Counted from the stretch's first letter, positions 37,060 to 47,645 are shown. The stretch: DNA of 58,173 bases from a virus (IMGVR_UViG_3300027741_000073:1-58173), one strand, 5' to 3'. Numbers and translations are program-made. The notes: generated by a model from the letters alone, not told the origin.

Positions 37060-39411
37060 TTAGAAAAACACCAAGAAGTTGCCTGTTGCCGTTGCGCTAG
37101 ACGGCGCAGTAAGTATCCATCCTGAGGTAGCGCTATCTTTTATTGAGTGAGTTCCTGCGTACCATGTAGCACCTCCAATAGCATCTGAACGATAAATATT
37201 TAAGTAATCTGAACTTACAATTCCGCTTGCTTTTGAAAGAGAAAAACTAGCGGATCCGTCGGATGAGTCCAGAGTTACTGAGTTTCCAGCAGTTCCGTTT
37301 ACGTTCCAGTTTAGAAATGTATTGGTTGTATTGTACTCAAAATAAAGACTACAAGGAGTTACACTATTGGTAATATTTGTAAACGTGTTTGAGCCATTTA
37401 TCGACGTGGGACCTGTATAAGCAATTTCCAATGTGCAGTTATATGTAGCTCCTCCACCAGTAAAAGTTGGATAACCAAGAAGATTGCCTATTACAATTTT
37501 TCCTGCGGCAGATCCTTGAGTTGTAGTAAAACTAGTACCAGAACCATTTTCAAAAATTGAATTAAACAGTAATGTGCCTCCATTGAAAGTTAAATTTGGT
37601 GTCGTTCCGTTGGCATAAAATTCATTAGATTCCCAAATATAACCATTTAAATCTAACGTGCCTTGATATAAATACGTCTTACTTGTCGACCCCGTCGCCC
37701 CCGTGTTACCAACAATACGCAAAATATTGTTTGGTTTGTTTACCTCAACACTGCCGCGAAAACGTATTCCAAGGGTTGTCAAAGTTTGGGTTTTTCGACC
37801 GGCAAAAATTATTCCGTTTGAAAAACCACTAAAGGTTGTGCCAGTACCGTTAGTCCAATCACCATAAACTGTCGGCGTAGTATTTTCAGTGTTTAAAACA
37901 ATAGTGTCTGTTGTTCTGGCAGACATATCTACTGTACCAATGTTGTAGTTGTAATTCATGGCTATTGCTGTACCAGATGCGGGGTATGTTGCGGGGAATA
38001 CAGCGGTATCTTGCGCAAGAGGAAAATAAATGTAACTTGGTGTACCACCAATTGAACTAGCCCATGCATCAAAGCCACCCCAACCTTGTGAGTAATCAGT
38101 GCCAGCATAATAAACAGTTTTTGGACTATCAAAAGTAATGCCGCTATTTCCCCCACAGTCTCCTAATCTTAGTCCAGATGCTGTAATTCCCGTTATGGCA
38201 ATATCCCTAAAATCAACACTGCTTAAAGTTGAAATGCTTGTTACTGCTATTGACCGCTGAGTTCCAATGGAATTAGAAGCAAACATTATGCGAGCGCCAC
38301 CATTATTATTAAAATCGCCGTTAACATTTAATGTATTGATGGTTGCGTTTCCATAAAAAGTAAATATTTCAACACCATTATAAAACTTATTTGCTGTTAA
38401 AGTATTTATTACTGTATTTGCGCCAAAATATATATTGTTTAAATAATAGGCATTATTAAGATATAATGTGTTAAATGTATTATTTGACGCACCAAAATTT
38501 ATAGAAGTTATACCTGTGCCATTTAAAGTTAAATTGTAATACGTATAAGCATATGCCGGGTTAAAACTACCAATAATGTTTTGCAAATTTATTGTGGAAG
38601 TTCCCGCATTTAATGTGGGTTTAGGGCCGTTACGTAAATCAAGTGGGGAACTAGAATTGGTTAATGTAACAGTTGAACTATTTAAATTTAGTGTTCGTCC
38701 ACTAGCATTATTATCAGAAACCAAAGCGCCAGCGGTTACAGCATAACCTCCAGTGTCAAATGTTCCGTTATTCAATGTAATTGTGCTTGTTGTGCAATCT
38801 AAAGCACTGCCTAATGTCCAAGCACCACCAACGCCATCAAATGTAACGCCGTTAGCAAATGTTTTTCCGTTAGGAGTTATGGTTTTTCCAGTTGATGTGG
38901 CGTTAAATGTGGTTAAACCTGTGTAAGTTTTAGTAAAGCTCGTAGCTGGAAATGAAAGACTACCTGATACTGTTAAGCCAATGCTTGTGCCAGCAAGCGT
39001 CATAGTTCCGTCAAGGCCACTAATTGTTAAATTATTGCAGACCCTTGGCGTGTTTGCCATAGTAATGGTAAACGATGTTGTTCCCAAGTTTGAATTGGCA
39101 TCAAAAAATACGTTATCTGAAGCGGTTGGTACAGATGCGCCAATGGTGGCGGCGCTCATGTTTTGAGATGAAAGTGTAGTGTTTGTGCTTGTGGTAAACA
39201 AATTAGCACCATTGACGGCAGTAATTGTTCCACTAGCAGTGCCTCCGCTGTTAAATAAAGTCATGCCCACAGCAAGTGCAGGACTACCAGTGGTAGTTAA
39301 ACTAAAACCAGTGCGGCTACCAGTAAAAGATACGCCAGAAGCAGCAGACCATTTGGTTGTTTGTGTTGAACCCCAAGTACCTGATCCACCAACCCAATAT
39401 CTATCAGCCAT
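37060..39411 (-). CDS. tail fibre / receptor-binding beta-helical protein
   Basis: RYWVGGSGTW; Thr/Gly/Asn-rich with internal repeats. Confidence 0.7.
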   Translation of the reverse strand: MADRYWVGGSGTWGSTQTTKWSAASGVSFTGSRTGFSLTTTGSPALAVGMTLFNSGGTASGTITAVNGANLFTTSTNTTLSSQNMSAATIGASVPTASDNVFFDANSNLGTTSFTITMANTPRVCNNLTISGLDGTMTLAGTSIGLTVSGSLSFPATSFTKTYTGLTTFNATSTGKTITPNGKTFANGVTFDGVGGAWTLGSALDCTTSTITLNNGTFDTGGYAVTAGALVSDNNASGRTLNLNSSTVTLTNSSSPLDLRNGPKPTLNAGTSTINLQNIIGSFNPAYAYTYYNLTLNGTGITSINFGASNNTFNTLYLNNAYYLNNIYFGANTVINTLTANKFYNGVEIFTFYGNATINTLNVNGDFNNNGGARIMFASNSIGTQRSIAVTSISTLSSVDFRDIAITGITASGLRLGDCGGNSGITFDSPKTVYYAGTDYSQGWGGFDAWASSIGGTPSYIYFPLAQDTAVFPATYPASGTAIAMNYNYNIGTVDMSARTTDTIVLNTENTTPTVYGDWTNGTGTTFSGFSNGIIFAGRKTQTLTTLGIRFRGSVEVNKPNNILRIVGNTGATGSTSKTYLYQGTLDLNGYIWESNEFYANGTTPNLTFNGGTLLFNSIFENGSGTSFTTTQGSAAGKIVIGNLLGYPTFTGGGATYNCTLEIAYTGPTSINGSNTFTNITNSVTPCSLYFEYNTTNTFLNWNVNGTAGNSVTLDSSDGSASFSLSKASGIVSSDYLNIYRSDAIGGATWYAGTHSIKDSATSGWILTAPSSATATGNFLVFF

Positions 39412-39413
39412 AT

Positions 39414-39617
39414 TTATTCCTTAATTGGAGTAACGTCAGTTACTTCAACATCAATGATATCAGACGGAAGCGCAGTTACTGCGACAATCCAATTATTTAA
39501 ACGCTCTTGTTTTATTGTTTCAATTTCAGTATCCGTGAATGTGTGGTCATTTGGCAAAACAATAGCGTCTGCAAAAGTGCCGTGTTCAGATTCAAAAGAA
39601 AAATCAATTTTTACCAT
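39414..39617 (-). CDS. small tail fibre-associated protein
   Basis: Lies between fibre genes; FADAI.LP...R..NW. Confidence 0.6.
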   Translation of the reverse strand: MVKIDFSFESEHGTFADAIVLPNDHTFTDTEIETIKQERLNNWIVAVTALPSDIIDVEVTDVTPIKE

Positions 39618-39618
39618 A

Positions 39619-40953
39619 TTAAGCCTGTGTAGTTACAGCAATTGCATCCCAACGACCAGTGCCACTAGCGCCATAAGCGTTATAAACGACACCAACATAA
39701 GTTGTTTTGTTTGCTGTAGTTGTTGTGGGAAGTGTTACGCCAACAGCCGTGTAAGCAGTTAAATCTAAAGCTCTCGCTGTTCCGTTATCAAGAATTCTAA
39801 AAATTAGTTTATTACCGTCTACAGGAGTTCCTGTTGGCGCACTAATGGTCAAAGCCGCCGCTTGTGCAGTCCAGTTGTATTGGTCGTACGCACTAATGTC
39901 TGGCGTTACTGCTGTTGCAGAAGATGTAGTTGTACTGACTCTTGGGTTGACACGTTTGTTTGTTAAGGTTTGTGTGCCTGATAACGTAGCAATTGTGCTA
40001 TCTATTGCAATAGTTACTGCGGAAGAACCGTTAAAACTTGTTCCAGATAAACCAGTGCCAATGGTCAAAGCGTTTGTAGTTGTACCACTACCACCACCGC
40101 TACCACCAGCCGCCCAAGTAGCAGTAGTTCCATTAGAGGTTAGCACATAGCCGTTTGTGCCAATTCCTAATCTTGTTGCGGTATTAGTTCCATTACCAAT
40201 TATCAAATCACCAGTTGATGTAATTGGAGATATGGCATTAAATGCTGCTGACGCTGTTGTTTGTCCCGTACCGCCGTTAGCAACAGGAAGAGCTGTACCA
40301 GAATAACTTAGGGCAAGTGTCCCAGATGTAGTGACAGGACTTCCGCTAACGGATAAAAAACTAGGAGCTGATAACGCAACAGAAGTAACAGTACCGCTAC
40401 CTCCAGTACCATTTGATGCTAATGTAATGCGGCCTTGCTGGTCAACAGTTACGTTTGCGTTTGTGTACGAACCTGGGGTAACAGCAGTATTTGCTAATGC
40501 AAGTGTTGTTGCTGTAGAGCCGTTAAAAGGACCGCCAGATAAGCCAGTACCAGCAGACAATGCCGCAGTAGTTATCCCAGATGTCCCAACAACATATTTA
40601 ACTTGTCCTGTTGAATCAAATGTTCCTTCAGTTGTCCATGTGTCATTGGGACTTAAAGTAACTTTTGCAATAGTTCTTGTAGAGGTTCCGTTAAAAAATC
40701 CAATAGTTATTGTTACAGTTGCTGTATCTGTGTTTTGAATGTAAATAGATTTAATTGTTCTACGAGTAGAAGCTGCTGGCGAAGACACTATTGTTGCAGC
40801 CGTTATTCCGTTTAATAGACCATCAGATGAGCCTTCGGTAAAAGTTGTACCGTTGTTATCAGCCCAAGCTACTACATAGTTTGGTTGAGTAGTTGCTGGC
40901 GCAGCAGACATTACTGCTGTAATTGTTTTGTTTGTTGTATCAAGAATTAACAT
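39619..40953 (-). CDS. tail fibre protein
   Basis: VDQQGRIT, LPVANGGTG, TQTLTNK fibre repeats. Confidence 0.75.
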   Translation of the reverse strand: MLILDTTNKTITAVMSAAPATTQPNYVVAWADNNGTTFTEGSSDGLLNGITAATIVSSPAASTRRTIKSIYIQNTDTATVTITIGFFNGTSTRTIAKVTLSPNDTWTTEGTFDSTGQVKYVVGTSGITTAALSAGTGLSGGPFNGSTATTLALANTAVTPGSYTNANVTVDQQGRITLASNGTGGSGTVTSVALSAPSFLSVSGSPVTTSGTLALSYSGTALPVANGGTGQTTASAAFNAISPITSTGDLIIGNGTNTATRLGIGTNGYVLTSNGTTATWAAGGSGGGSGTTTNALTIGTGLSGTSFNGSSAVTIAIDSTIATLSGTQTLTNKRVNPRVSTTTSSATAVTPDISAYDQYNWTAQAAALTISAPTGTPVDGNKLIFRILDNGTARALDLTAYTAVGVTLPTTTTANKTTYVGVVYNAYGASGTGRWDAIAVTTQA

Positions 40954-40965
40954 GTATTTTCCTTA

Positions 40966-43104
40966 TTAACTGATAAACCAGCCGTAAGCATTTCCTGCGC
41001 CGCTAGAACCACCTCCACCAGAACCATTTGACGCCGCAGTAATTCTTCCCTGTTGGTCAACAATAATGTTTGCGCTAGTATAAGAACCTGCGGTTACTGC
41101 CGTGTTATTTAGTGCAATTGTAACTGCCGAAGAGCCATTAAAACTGCTTCCAGATAAGCCAGTTCCTATGGTTAGTGAGTTTGTGGTTGTGCCACCACCA
41201 CCTGAACTAGCGGCCCAAGTTGGAACACCAGATGCAAGCGTTAAAACATATCCGTTTGTACCAGCATTTAACTTAGATAATGTGTTAGCAGCAGAAGCGT
41301 AAAGAATATCTCCTGTTGCGTAAGTTGTTAAATTTGTGCCGCCATTGGCAATCGCAACAGTTCCTGTTACGTTAGCTGCTGTACCTGTTGTGTTTTGATT
41401 AAACGTAGGGAAACTTGTAAGGGATGCTGCGCTGCCATTAGGAGCAAGTACATCAGTGCCAATTACCAAGCCAAGGTTTGTTCTAGCACCTGACGCAGTA
41501 GATGCTCCTGTACCGCCTCGACTAAGCGCAACAGCTACACCATTCCATGTGGCATTTGTAATAGAACCAGAATAATCAAACGTGTTGGTTGACCAAGATA
41601 CGTTTGCAGGGGTTTGGTCGTGTCTATCCCATGAGCCAGCGGCAGTTGAGTTTAACAACAAAACAACCGTTACATAAGCGCCTGATGGCACAGAAACAAT
41701 CAAAGTTCCTGAGTTGTTGTTAACCGTGATTGCGCCACTAGACTGATTGTTGTTAAACGAAAAAATGGTTCCGTTTGACAAAGTGGTAGCGTTAGGCAAT
41801 TGAATGACCTGACCGCCTGACCCTGTAACGTAATAAACAGGGGTTGACGCAACAGTTAGCGTGATTGTGGACCCTGATGCCGCAACATTTGTAAATCCAT
41901 TGAGGTAAGCGTTTGCGGTAATGTTGTTGTTGGCATCACGCAAAACAACCGAATTAGCACCGTTTGATGCAGTTACGCCTGTGCCTCCGTTTGCTACCGC
42001 TACTGTGCCTGTCACGTTAGCAGCAGTACCCGTAGTATTTTGATTGAACGTAGGAAAGCTTGTAAGACTAGCGGCACTACCGTTAGGGGCTAGCACATCA
42101 GTACCAATTACTAGACCTAAGTTACTACGAGCACCTGAAGCAGTAGTAGCTCCTGTCCCCCCGTTAGCTACAGGAAGCGGAGTACCAGAATAACTTAAAG
42201 CAAGTGTTCCAGAATAATTAACAGGACTACCGCTGACCGTCAAAAAACTAGGTGCTGACAAGCCAACAGAAGTAACTGTGCCACCACCGCCGCTGGTAAT
42301 ATCCATCCAAGTAGTACCTGTGTAAACTCGCATTAAATTAAAAATACTGTTAAAATAAAGAGCACCTGTAATTATAGGATCACCATCATTGTTTACTGTA
42401 GGATTAGATGTCTTTTCACCTAAATAACGATCATCAAAATTATCGTAAGTTGCATATGTAGCGTCACGAGCAGCTTCAGCACCTGCTCTAGCTATACCAG
42501 CAGCTGTATTAGCAGTTTGTGCAGCAGTAGCTGAAGTAGCAGCGTTAGATGCTTGAGTAGTTGCTGTTGAGGCAGATGTACCCGCAGATGTTGCGCTATT
42601 AGTTGCACTAGTTGCTTGTGTAGTTGCAATTGAAGCAGAGTTACTTGCAGACGTTGCTGAAGTAGAAGCTGAAGAAGAACTATTAGAAGCGTTAGTTGCA
42701 GATGTTGATGCCGATGATGCGCTTGATGCTGCATTAGTTGCAGAAGTTGAGGCACTTGAAGCATTAGTGGTTGCATTAGACGCTTGTGTAGTGGCTATAC
42801 CAGCTTGAGTAGTTGCTGTTGAAGCAGATGCTGTAGCTGATGTTGCACTATTTGAAGCAGATGTTGCTGATGCAGAAGCACTAGTAGCTCTAGTTGAAGC
42901 ATTTGAAGCACTAGTAGAAGCATTTGTAGCACTTGTAGCAGCAGCGGTTTGAGATGTTAAAGCAGCCGCAGCACTAACAGCAGCAGCCGCAGCAGATTCA
43001 GCAGAAAGATTAGAGTAACTTATCGAATCAACAGTATCTAAGTTATCGTATTCACCCCCAGCCGCAAGACTCCCAGTCATTCCTGGGGTTTGTGTATATG
43101 CCAT
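40966..43104 (-). CDS. tail fibre protein with a Ser/Ala/Thr heptad stalk
   Basis: SATNA-type heptads, FDDRYLG.K...GALYFN module, ANGGTG repeats. Confidence 0.8.
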   Translation of the reverse strand: MAYTQTPGMTGSLAAGGEYDNLDTVDSISYSNLSAESAAAAAVSAAAALTSQTAAATSATNASTSASNASTRATSASASATSASNSATSATASASTATTQAGIATTQASNATTNASSASTSATNAASSASSASTSATNASNSSSSASTSATSASNSASIATTQATSATNSATSAGTSASTATTQASNAATSATAAQTANTAAGIARAGAEAARDATYATYDNFDDRYLGEKTSNPTVNNDGDPIITGALYFNSIFNLMRVYTGTTWMDITSGGGGTVTSVGLSAPSFLTVSGSPVNYSGTLALSYSGTPLPVANGGTGATTASGARSNLGLVIGTDVLAPNGSAASLTSFPTFNQNTTGTAANVTGTVAVANGGTGVTASNGANSVVLRDANNNITANAYLNGFTNVAASGSTITLTVASTPVYYVTGSGGQVIQLPNATTLSNGTIFSFNNNQSSGAITVNNNSGTLIVSVPSGAYVTVVLLLNSTAAGSWDRHDQTPANVSWSTNTFDYSGSITNATWNGVAVALSRGGTGASTASGARTNLGLVIGTDVLAPNGSAASLTSFPTFNQNTTGTAANVTGTVAIANGGTNLTTYATGDILYASAANTLSKLNAGTNGYVLTLASGVPTWAASSGGGGTTTNSLTIGTGLSGSSFNGSSAVTIALNNTAVTAGSYTSANIIVDQQGRITAASNGSGGGGSSGAGNAYGWFIS
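41337..42160 (-). repeat. internal ~60-codon direct repeat in the 712-aa fibre (approx. 41983-42160 and 41337-41520)
   Basis: ASGAR(S/T)NLGLVIGTDVLAPNGSAASLTSFPTFNQNTTGTAANVTGTVA(V/I)ANGGT occurs twice. Confidence 0.9.
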
Positions 43105-43113
43105 TATATCCCC

Positions 43114-44025
43114 TTAAATAGTACCAGCAGTATTAAAATTAATTTGTGTATTACCACCAAGTGCGCGACGCATTTTCTCTTCTTTATTTAAAGAGAATAT
43201 TGTTTCAGCAAAACGTTTTTCGTAGCGTTGTTCCATTGATTGATCAAAGAGGTATGCACCTAATTCTTTAAGCGCACCCCATAGTACTAAACGTTCATTG
43301 TTGTCTCTTAACCAGTTAGATACTTCATTACCAGTGTACATTTTAGTTGTTACTGTTGCGTTATATGCTGCTGCCTCTGTAGACGTAGCAAAACATTTTG
43401 TTACACCTGCTGAAGTAGAAAAGTACAAATTAGTTCCAGCAGACGTTACTAATGTAAGGTAAGGCTGGTTAGCATCAGAAAGACCAATAACATAGTTAAC
43501 AGGTATTACGCTATAAAGAGCGTTTAATGCTGGTAACCTACGATAGTAATGAATCTGCAGTTGAGCACCTACAGCTAATTGAGGATGAACATATATTTTA
43601 TTGTCCATCCACATCCAGTTATATACTGAGTACTTCTCACCATAAAGGTCAAAGAAGGTACGCTTGTCAGTGATTTCATTAAACACTTTACTTACGTTAG
43701 ACGGGTATGTTGAGTATGATGTGCCTGTATTTGCTTGAGCAATAGTTCTTAAAAAAATAAATTGAGTTAAGTCTTCAGGCATATCAAAAGAAGTATAAGC
43801 ATTACCATAAGGCAAACCTAAACTATTTTCTCCTATATTATCAGCTGAAGTAACTGTATACTCTATTACTGATTCTAGCGGAGGTATTCTTAATTGACGA
43901 TAACATTCATCAGCAGAGTAAGATAGGCAATCTTGAATAACGCTGTCGGGAATAGTTTGTACTTCTGGTTTATTAGACCAGTCTCTTACTTTAGCGACGA
44001 TAGCGTCGAATCGAGGTGTTGCCAT
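43114..44025 (-). CDS. head-tail adaptor protein
   Basis: Position after the capsid; VRDW.N..., R.LRIP.LE, YYRRLPAL, NWL...L.WGAL pattern. Confidence 0.7.
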   Translation of the reverse strand: MATPRFDAIVAKVRDWSNKPEVQTIPDSVIQDCLSYSADECYRQLRIPPLESVIEYTVTSADNIGENSLGLPYGNAYTSFDMPEDLTQFIFLRTIAQANTGTSYSTYPSNVSKVFNEITDKRTFFDLYGEKYSVYNWMWMDNKIYVHPQLAVGAQLQIHYYRRLPALNALYSVIPVNYVIGLSDANQPYLTLVTSAGTNLYFSTSAGVTKCFATSTEAAAYNATVTTKMYTGNEVSNWLRDNNERLVLWGALKELGAYLFDQSMEQRYEKRFAETIFSLNKEEKMRRALGGNTQINFNTAGTI

Positions 44026-44037
44026 ATGTAGTTCTCC

Positions 44038-44361
44038 TTATAAGGCTCGAATATTACTTGTCTTTAGCAATGGGTAATCCAAATCAATAACTTGTTTTAA
44101 TTTTCTTAGATTGAGTGGATCGCCCATAAAGTCGGGTGAATGTACATCTAACCCGTGTTTTGTCAAGATATCGATAGCAACGATATCAGGTATAATAGCG
44201 AATGAGCGATATGTTCTGCCATTAGCAGAAATTGAATCAAGCTCTCGTTGTTGTGCTGCATAATCTTTGTATGCCGCTACGTTTTGTTCTAGTTGGAAAT
44301 CTTTGTCGTCAGTCTTAACTACAAAACTATTTTTATTTCCATCTTGTGATAAAAACCCCAT
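44038..44361 (-). CDS. conserved virion morphogenesis protein
   Basis: QNV...R.FA.IPDIVA pattern, downstream of the capsid. Confidence 0.6.
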   Translation of the reverse strand: MGFLSQDGNKNSFVVKTDDKDFQLEQNVAAYKDYAAQQRELDSISANGRTYRSFAIIPDIVAIDILTKHGLDVHSPDFMGDPLNLRKLKQVIDLDYPLLKTSNIRAL

Positions 44362-44376
44362 TGTGTCCCTTTAAAT

Positions 44377-44664
44377 TTAGTTCTTTAGAGCTACGAGGAA
44401 AGCCCCGTCAACTGTAAAACAACCATATTCATATAATATACCACCAGCCGCATATGCGCTGACGGATGTTACTACTAACGCACCAGCAGTAGTGTTTGCA
44501 CCATCATAATATTTAACCTGACTAATACGACCACGAGTTACGTTTGGCGCACGATAGTCTGAACCAGCGTCCGCACTATCTGCTGTGGTAGCAATGTTAA
44601 CAACATAATTGTCAGGGATATATTGGCGAGTACCGTCTGTTGCAGTAATTCTTAAAAATTCCAT
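44377..44664 (-). CDS. hypothetical virion protein
   Basis: AAGGA RBS; follows the capsid terminator. Confidence 0.6.
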   Translation of the reverse strand: MEFLRITATDGTRQYIPDNYVVNIATTADSADAGSDYRAPNVTRGRISQVKYYDGANTTAGALVVTSVSAYAAGGILYEYGCFTVDGAFLVALKN

Positions 44665-44678
44665 GTATATTCCTTGTG

Positions 44679-44713
44679 AAATAAAAAGGGAAAGGATTTC
44701 TCCTCTCCCTTTT
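44679..44713 (-). terminator. intrinsic terminator after the major capsid gene
   Basis: Minus strand AAAAGGGAGAGGA-GAAA-TCCTTTCCCTTTTTATTT. Confidence 0.85.
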
Positions 44714-44721
44714 ACTGGTTA

Positions 44722-45837
44722 TTAAGCGCCAGACAAACCGAAAATTAAGCCAGCACCTTTGGGGTTGCGACACTCCAAAGTACCTTCTTCAACGATTTGA
44801 CCGATGATTGAGTCACCTAATTGACCAAGGTCAACTTCTTGCAAGGGACGCAAAGAAGCGTAACTAAACCACATTGGGTCATACAAGAAAGCAGAGAAGT
44901 TAGCTGTCTCATTCAAGCCAGAAACTGCTGTATTAGAAATGCCCATAACATAGTTAGGAACAACCATGATGTCACCGAAGTCACTCATGTAGATCTCAAC
45001 TGACTGACGGAGTTTTCCATCAGCATCAATGTTACGACGGACGTTACCATCACCAGCATTGCTTGAGCTAGAGCCAGCAGACTGAGCCTTAGCAGAGAAC
45101 ACACGACGGTTAGCAGGAGACAACATGAGTTTAGTGGCTTTACCACCGTTCTCATAAATAGCTTGCATAACAGTGTCAACGTGTGACAACTGCAAACTGT
45201 TTTTGTCAGAAGCTGTAACAGTAGTAAATGTACCAGCAACACCACCACCTGGATTAGTAGGTGCAGTGTACTCAGCAGCAGTAGTCAGTACGTTCAGTGC
45301 AGTAGCTGGAGTAGTTGTAGCAGCAGTGTAGTTTACCCATGCTTGATAACCACCAAAGGTACGTGTACCAGAACCGTTAGAGCTGTTCCAACTGTTAACC
45401 AAGTCAAACTCAACGTCACGACGTAGTTCAGTACCACGCTTCTTAAGTTGATAAGCGTATTCGTCAGCGACGCCAGCTTGATCAACAGCACGTTTAGTAC
45501 CAGTCACAGTAACAGACTTGCTGTTAATCTGTGTGTAGTTACCCAAACGAGTACGGAAAGGTTCTGTAGCCTGAGCTGCAGCTTGAGTAGCGTAAGAGAT
45601 GCCTTCAGCTACTGGTGTAGATGCTGGAGGAGCCAACTCGTCAGTTTGCCACTCATGGAAAACTGCTGTTGCTTTTGTTTTGCCGATAGACGACATAAAA
45701 GGTGTTTCATCACGAGAGATCATCGAGATGAAGTTTGCTAAGTCTTCGCGTTCACCCGCGTTAGTAGCATTACCAGTAGCAGATGAGCTACGGGCTGCGG
45801 CTTTAGGACCGCCTGTTGCAAATGTTTGAATTGCCAT
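44722..45837 (-). CDS. major capsid protein (DUF5309 / SU10-like)
   Basis: EDL...I.MIS..ETPF.S.IGK.KAT...HEWQTDEL, NYTQI..K, E.TLE..NPK; strongly biased codons. Confidence 0.9.
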   Translation of the reverse strand: MAIQTFATGGPKAAARSSSATGNATNAGEREDLANFISMISRDETPFMSSIGKTKATAVFHEWQTDELAPPASTPVAEGISYATQAAAQATEPFRTRLGNYTQINSKSVTVTGTKRAVDQAGVADEYAYQLKKRGTELRRDVEFDLVNSWNSSNGSGTRTFGGYQAWVNYTAATTTPATALNVLTTAAEYTAPTNPGGGVAGTFTTVTASDKNSLQLSHVDTVMQAIYENGGKATKLMLSPANRRVFSAKAQSAGSSSSNAGDGNVRRNIDADGKLRQSVEIYMSDFGDIMVVPNYVMGISNTAVSGLNETANFSAFLYDPMWFSYASLRPLQEVDLGQLGDSIIGQIVEEGTLECRNPKGAGLIFGLSGA

Positions 45838-45867
45838 TTTAAAAATCCTTAATAGTGAGATTTGAAA

Positions 45868-47010
45868 TTATAGTTTCTTGCTCACTGAGGAAATTCGTTT
45901 TAGGAAATCTAGTTGATCCTGTGTGGATCCTTGACCAGATAATACTTTAGTACGGTTGTTATTTACGTCTTGACGTTCCTTCTGTGATTGAGGTACACCC
46001 TTCTTAGAGGGGACTGACTTCACTTTGGGAGCTGCCTTACGTTTTACTTCACCAGTATCTTTAGCATTCTTGAGTCTACGATAGTCATCGATAAACTTAA
46101 CAATATTAGTGTCATAAATAACGTCTAATATGTCTTCAGGTAAACCTTCTTTAATAGCAAAATCACGGATTGATTTAGCAACTTTCTCTGAATAGTCAGG
46201 AATAACATTTGTGATGTTATCCTCATATGCTTTCAGTAACGCTTGTTGCTGTTCCACTTGTTGTGCTTTTAATTGTTCATAAACTTTAGATACATTAGCT
46301 TCACGTTTATTACGTGCTGCCCAGTATTTCTCTTGAGTCTCTTCCAGTTTTTCTTTTAGTTCTCGAGCTGTATAAGTATCACCTTCTTCTCGGGCGGTAT
46401 CAATATCGCCTTTAATTTTATGATACTCAGCAGATAGTCTAGATTCAGCGTCAGTTAACTCTTGGTTAATGACTGTACCTAATGTGACTATCTCTTGTAG
46501 TTTCTCAGTGCGTTCCTGTTCGATTTGTTTCTTCAGTTCGCCTAATTCACGCCCTTTTTGAGATAGATGTTTATCAGTAGAATAACCCTTACGGATTTCT
46601 TCTAGGGACACGTACTCTGTTTTACCGTCAACGGTTACAGGTATTTGATATTCCCAATCAATATCTTCTTCAGTTGGTAGCTCTGAATTTTGGGTAGACG
46701 TATCATCCTCATCAGCATTTCCTTCTTCAGATTCATTTGAATCTTTTTCTTCATCTAGGTCAGTTTCAGACTCATCATCGTTCTCTGGGGCTTGTTCTTC
46801 TTCTGCCGACGATTCATCTGGATTTGGGACGCTGTTGTCTTCTGTTGGTAGAGATTCTTCTTTTAATCCAAGCAGTTTAGCTGCTGGACTATTTTTTAGA
46901 ATGTCATCAAGACTCTTAACTTCCAAATCTGCACTTACACTTCCGTCATCAAAACCCTGACTGCTCACTTGTGAGGCAGGGGTGTTGGTAGAGAGATGTG
47001 GTAAATCCAT
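45868..47010 (-). CDS. capsid scaffolding protein
   Basis: Acidic N-terminus, VTVDG....VSLEE..KGY, coiled coil; directly upstream of the capsid gene. Confidence 0.85.
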   Translation of the reverse strand: MDLPHLSTNTPASQVSSQGFDDGSVSADLEVKSLDDILKNSPAAKLLGLKEESLPTEDNSVPNPDESSAEEEQAPENDDESETDLDEEKDSNESEEGNADEDDTSTQNSELPTEEDIDWEYQIPVTVDGKTEYVSLEEIRKGYSTDKHLSQKGRELGELKKQIEQERTEKLQEIVTLGTVINQELTDAESRLSAEYHKIKGDIDTAREEGDTYTARELKEKLEETQEKYWAARNKREANVSKVYEQLKAQQVEQQQALLKAYEDNITNVIPDYSEKVAKSIRDFAIKEGLPEDILDVIYDTNIVKFIDDYRRLKNAKDTGEVKRKAAPKVKSVPSKKGVPQSQKERQDVNNNRTKVLSGQGSTQDQLDFLKRISSVSKKL

Positions 47011-47032
47011 ATATTATTTCCTTTGTGTCCGT

Positions 47033-47299
47033 TTAAGCTGCTACTAGAGCGGCTTTCTTTGCTGCTTTAGCAGCTTTCATCTTTTCAGCAAAAGGTATTT
47101 CATTAGTTGTTTTCCCTTTACTGGTCTTTATACGATCAATTGCTTCAATAGCATTTTGTAGATTAGCAAAGATAGGTGCATAGCGTTGTGCCAGACCTGT
47201 TCCTCCACTCTCTCCTGCTCGTACAAGTTCTCTTAATACTTCTTCTCGTGATCGAATTAGTACTTCCTGTGCTTTATCGTAATTACTCATTTGTTTCAT
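47033..47299 (-). CDS. hypothetical protein
   Basis: GAGGG RBS before MKQMSN. Confidence 0.65.
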   Translation of the reverse strand: MKQMSNYDKAQEVLIRSREEVLRELVRAGESGGTGLAQRYAPIFANLQNAIEAIDRIKTSKGKTTNEIPFAEKMKAAKAAKKAALVAA

Positions 47300-47645
47300 T
47301 GCCCTCTTCTTGGGACTGCTTTTGTTGATTGATAAATTGCATGTTAGCACCGTATTGCTCGATACCTACTAGCTTCTCTTTTACGCTTCCTAATGCCATA
47401 GCTGTATGATATAGGAACTCACGTTCTTTAGAACAGTGAGGTTCTGTCTTTAACCAAGCTGTAAAGAGATCAGCAAGGATCTCGGCATACGCTTCGTTAA
47501 AGAATTGTTCGCGTTCACGTACTGTGAATTGGCTTTTCACTAGGGCTACCTGAGCATCCCTAAATGGTTCTACCTTATATTCTCCAGTATCATGGTTCAT
47601 TGTTGGCTTTACTCTCTTCTGAAAGCCTTCTTTGTATTTTTCCAT
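47283..47645 (-). CDS. conserved portal-adjacent protein
   Basis: W..T......REFLY pattern typical of small genes after podoviral portals. Confidence 0.65.
   Translation of the reverse strand: MEKYKEGFQKRVKPTMNHDTGEYKVEPFRDAQVALVKSQFTVREREQFFNEAYAEILADLFTAWLKTEPHCSKEREFLYHTAMALGSVKEKLVGIEQYGANMQFINQQKQSQEEGNETNE

Noticed and set aside
42480-43000. Tandem DNA repeat array
   Set aside because: Periodicity is explained by the Ser/Ala/Thr heptad coiled coil of the fibre protein
39619-43104. Diversity-generating retroelement or invertible fibre switch
   Set aside because: No reverse transcriptase or invertase seen; repeat differences are synonymous and not adenine-specific
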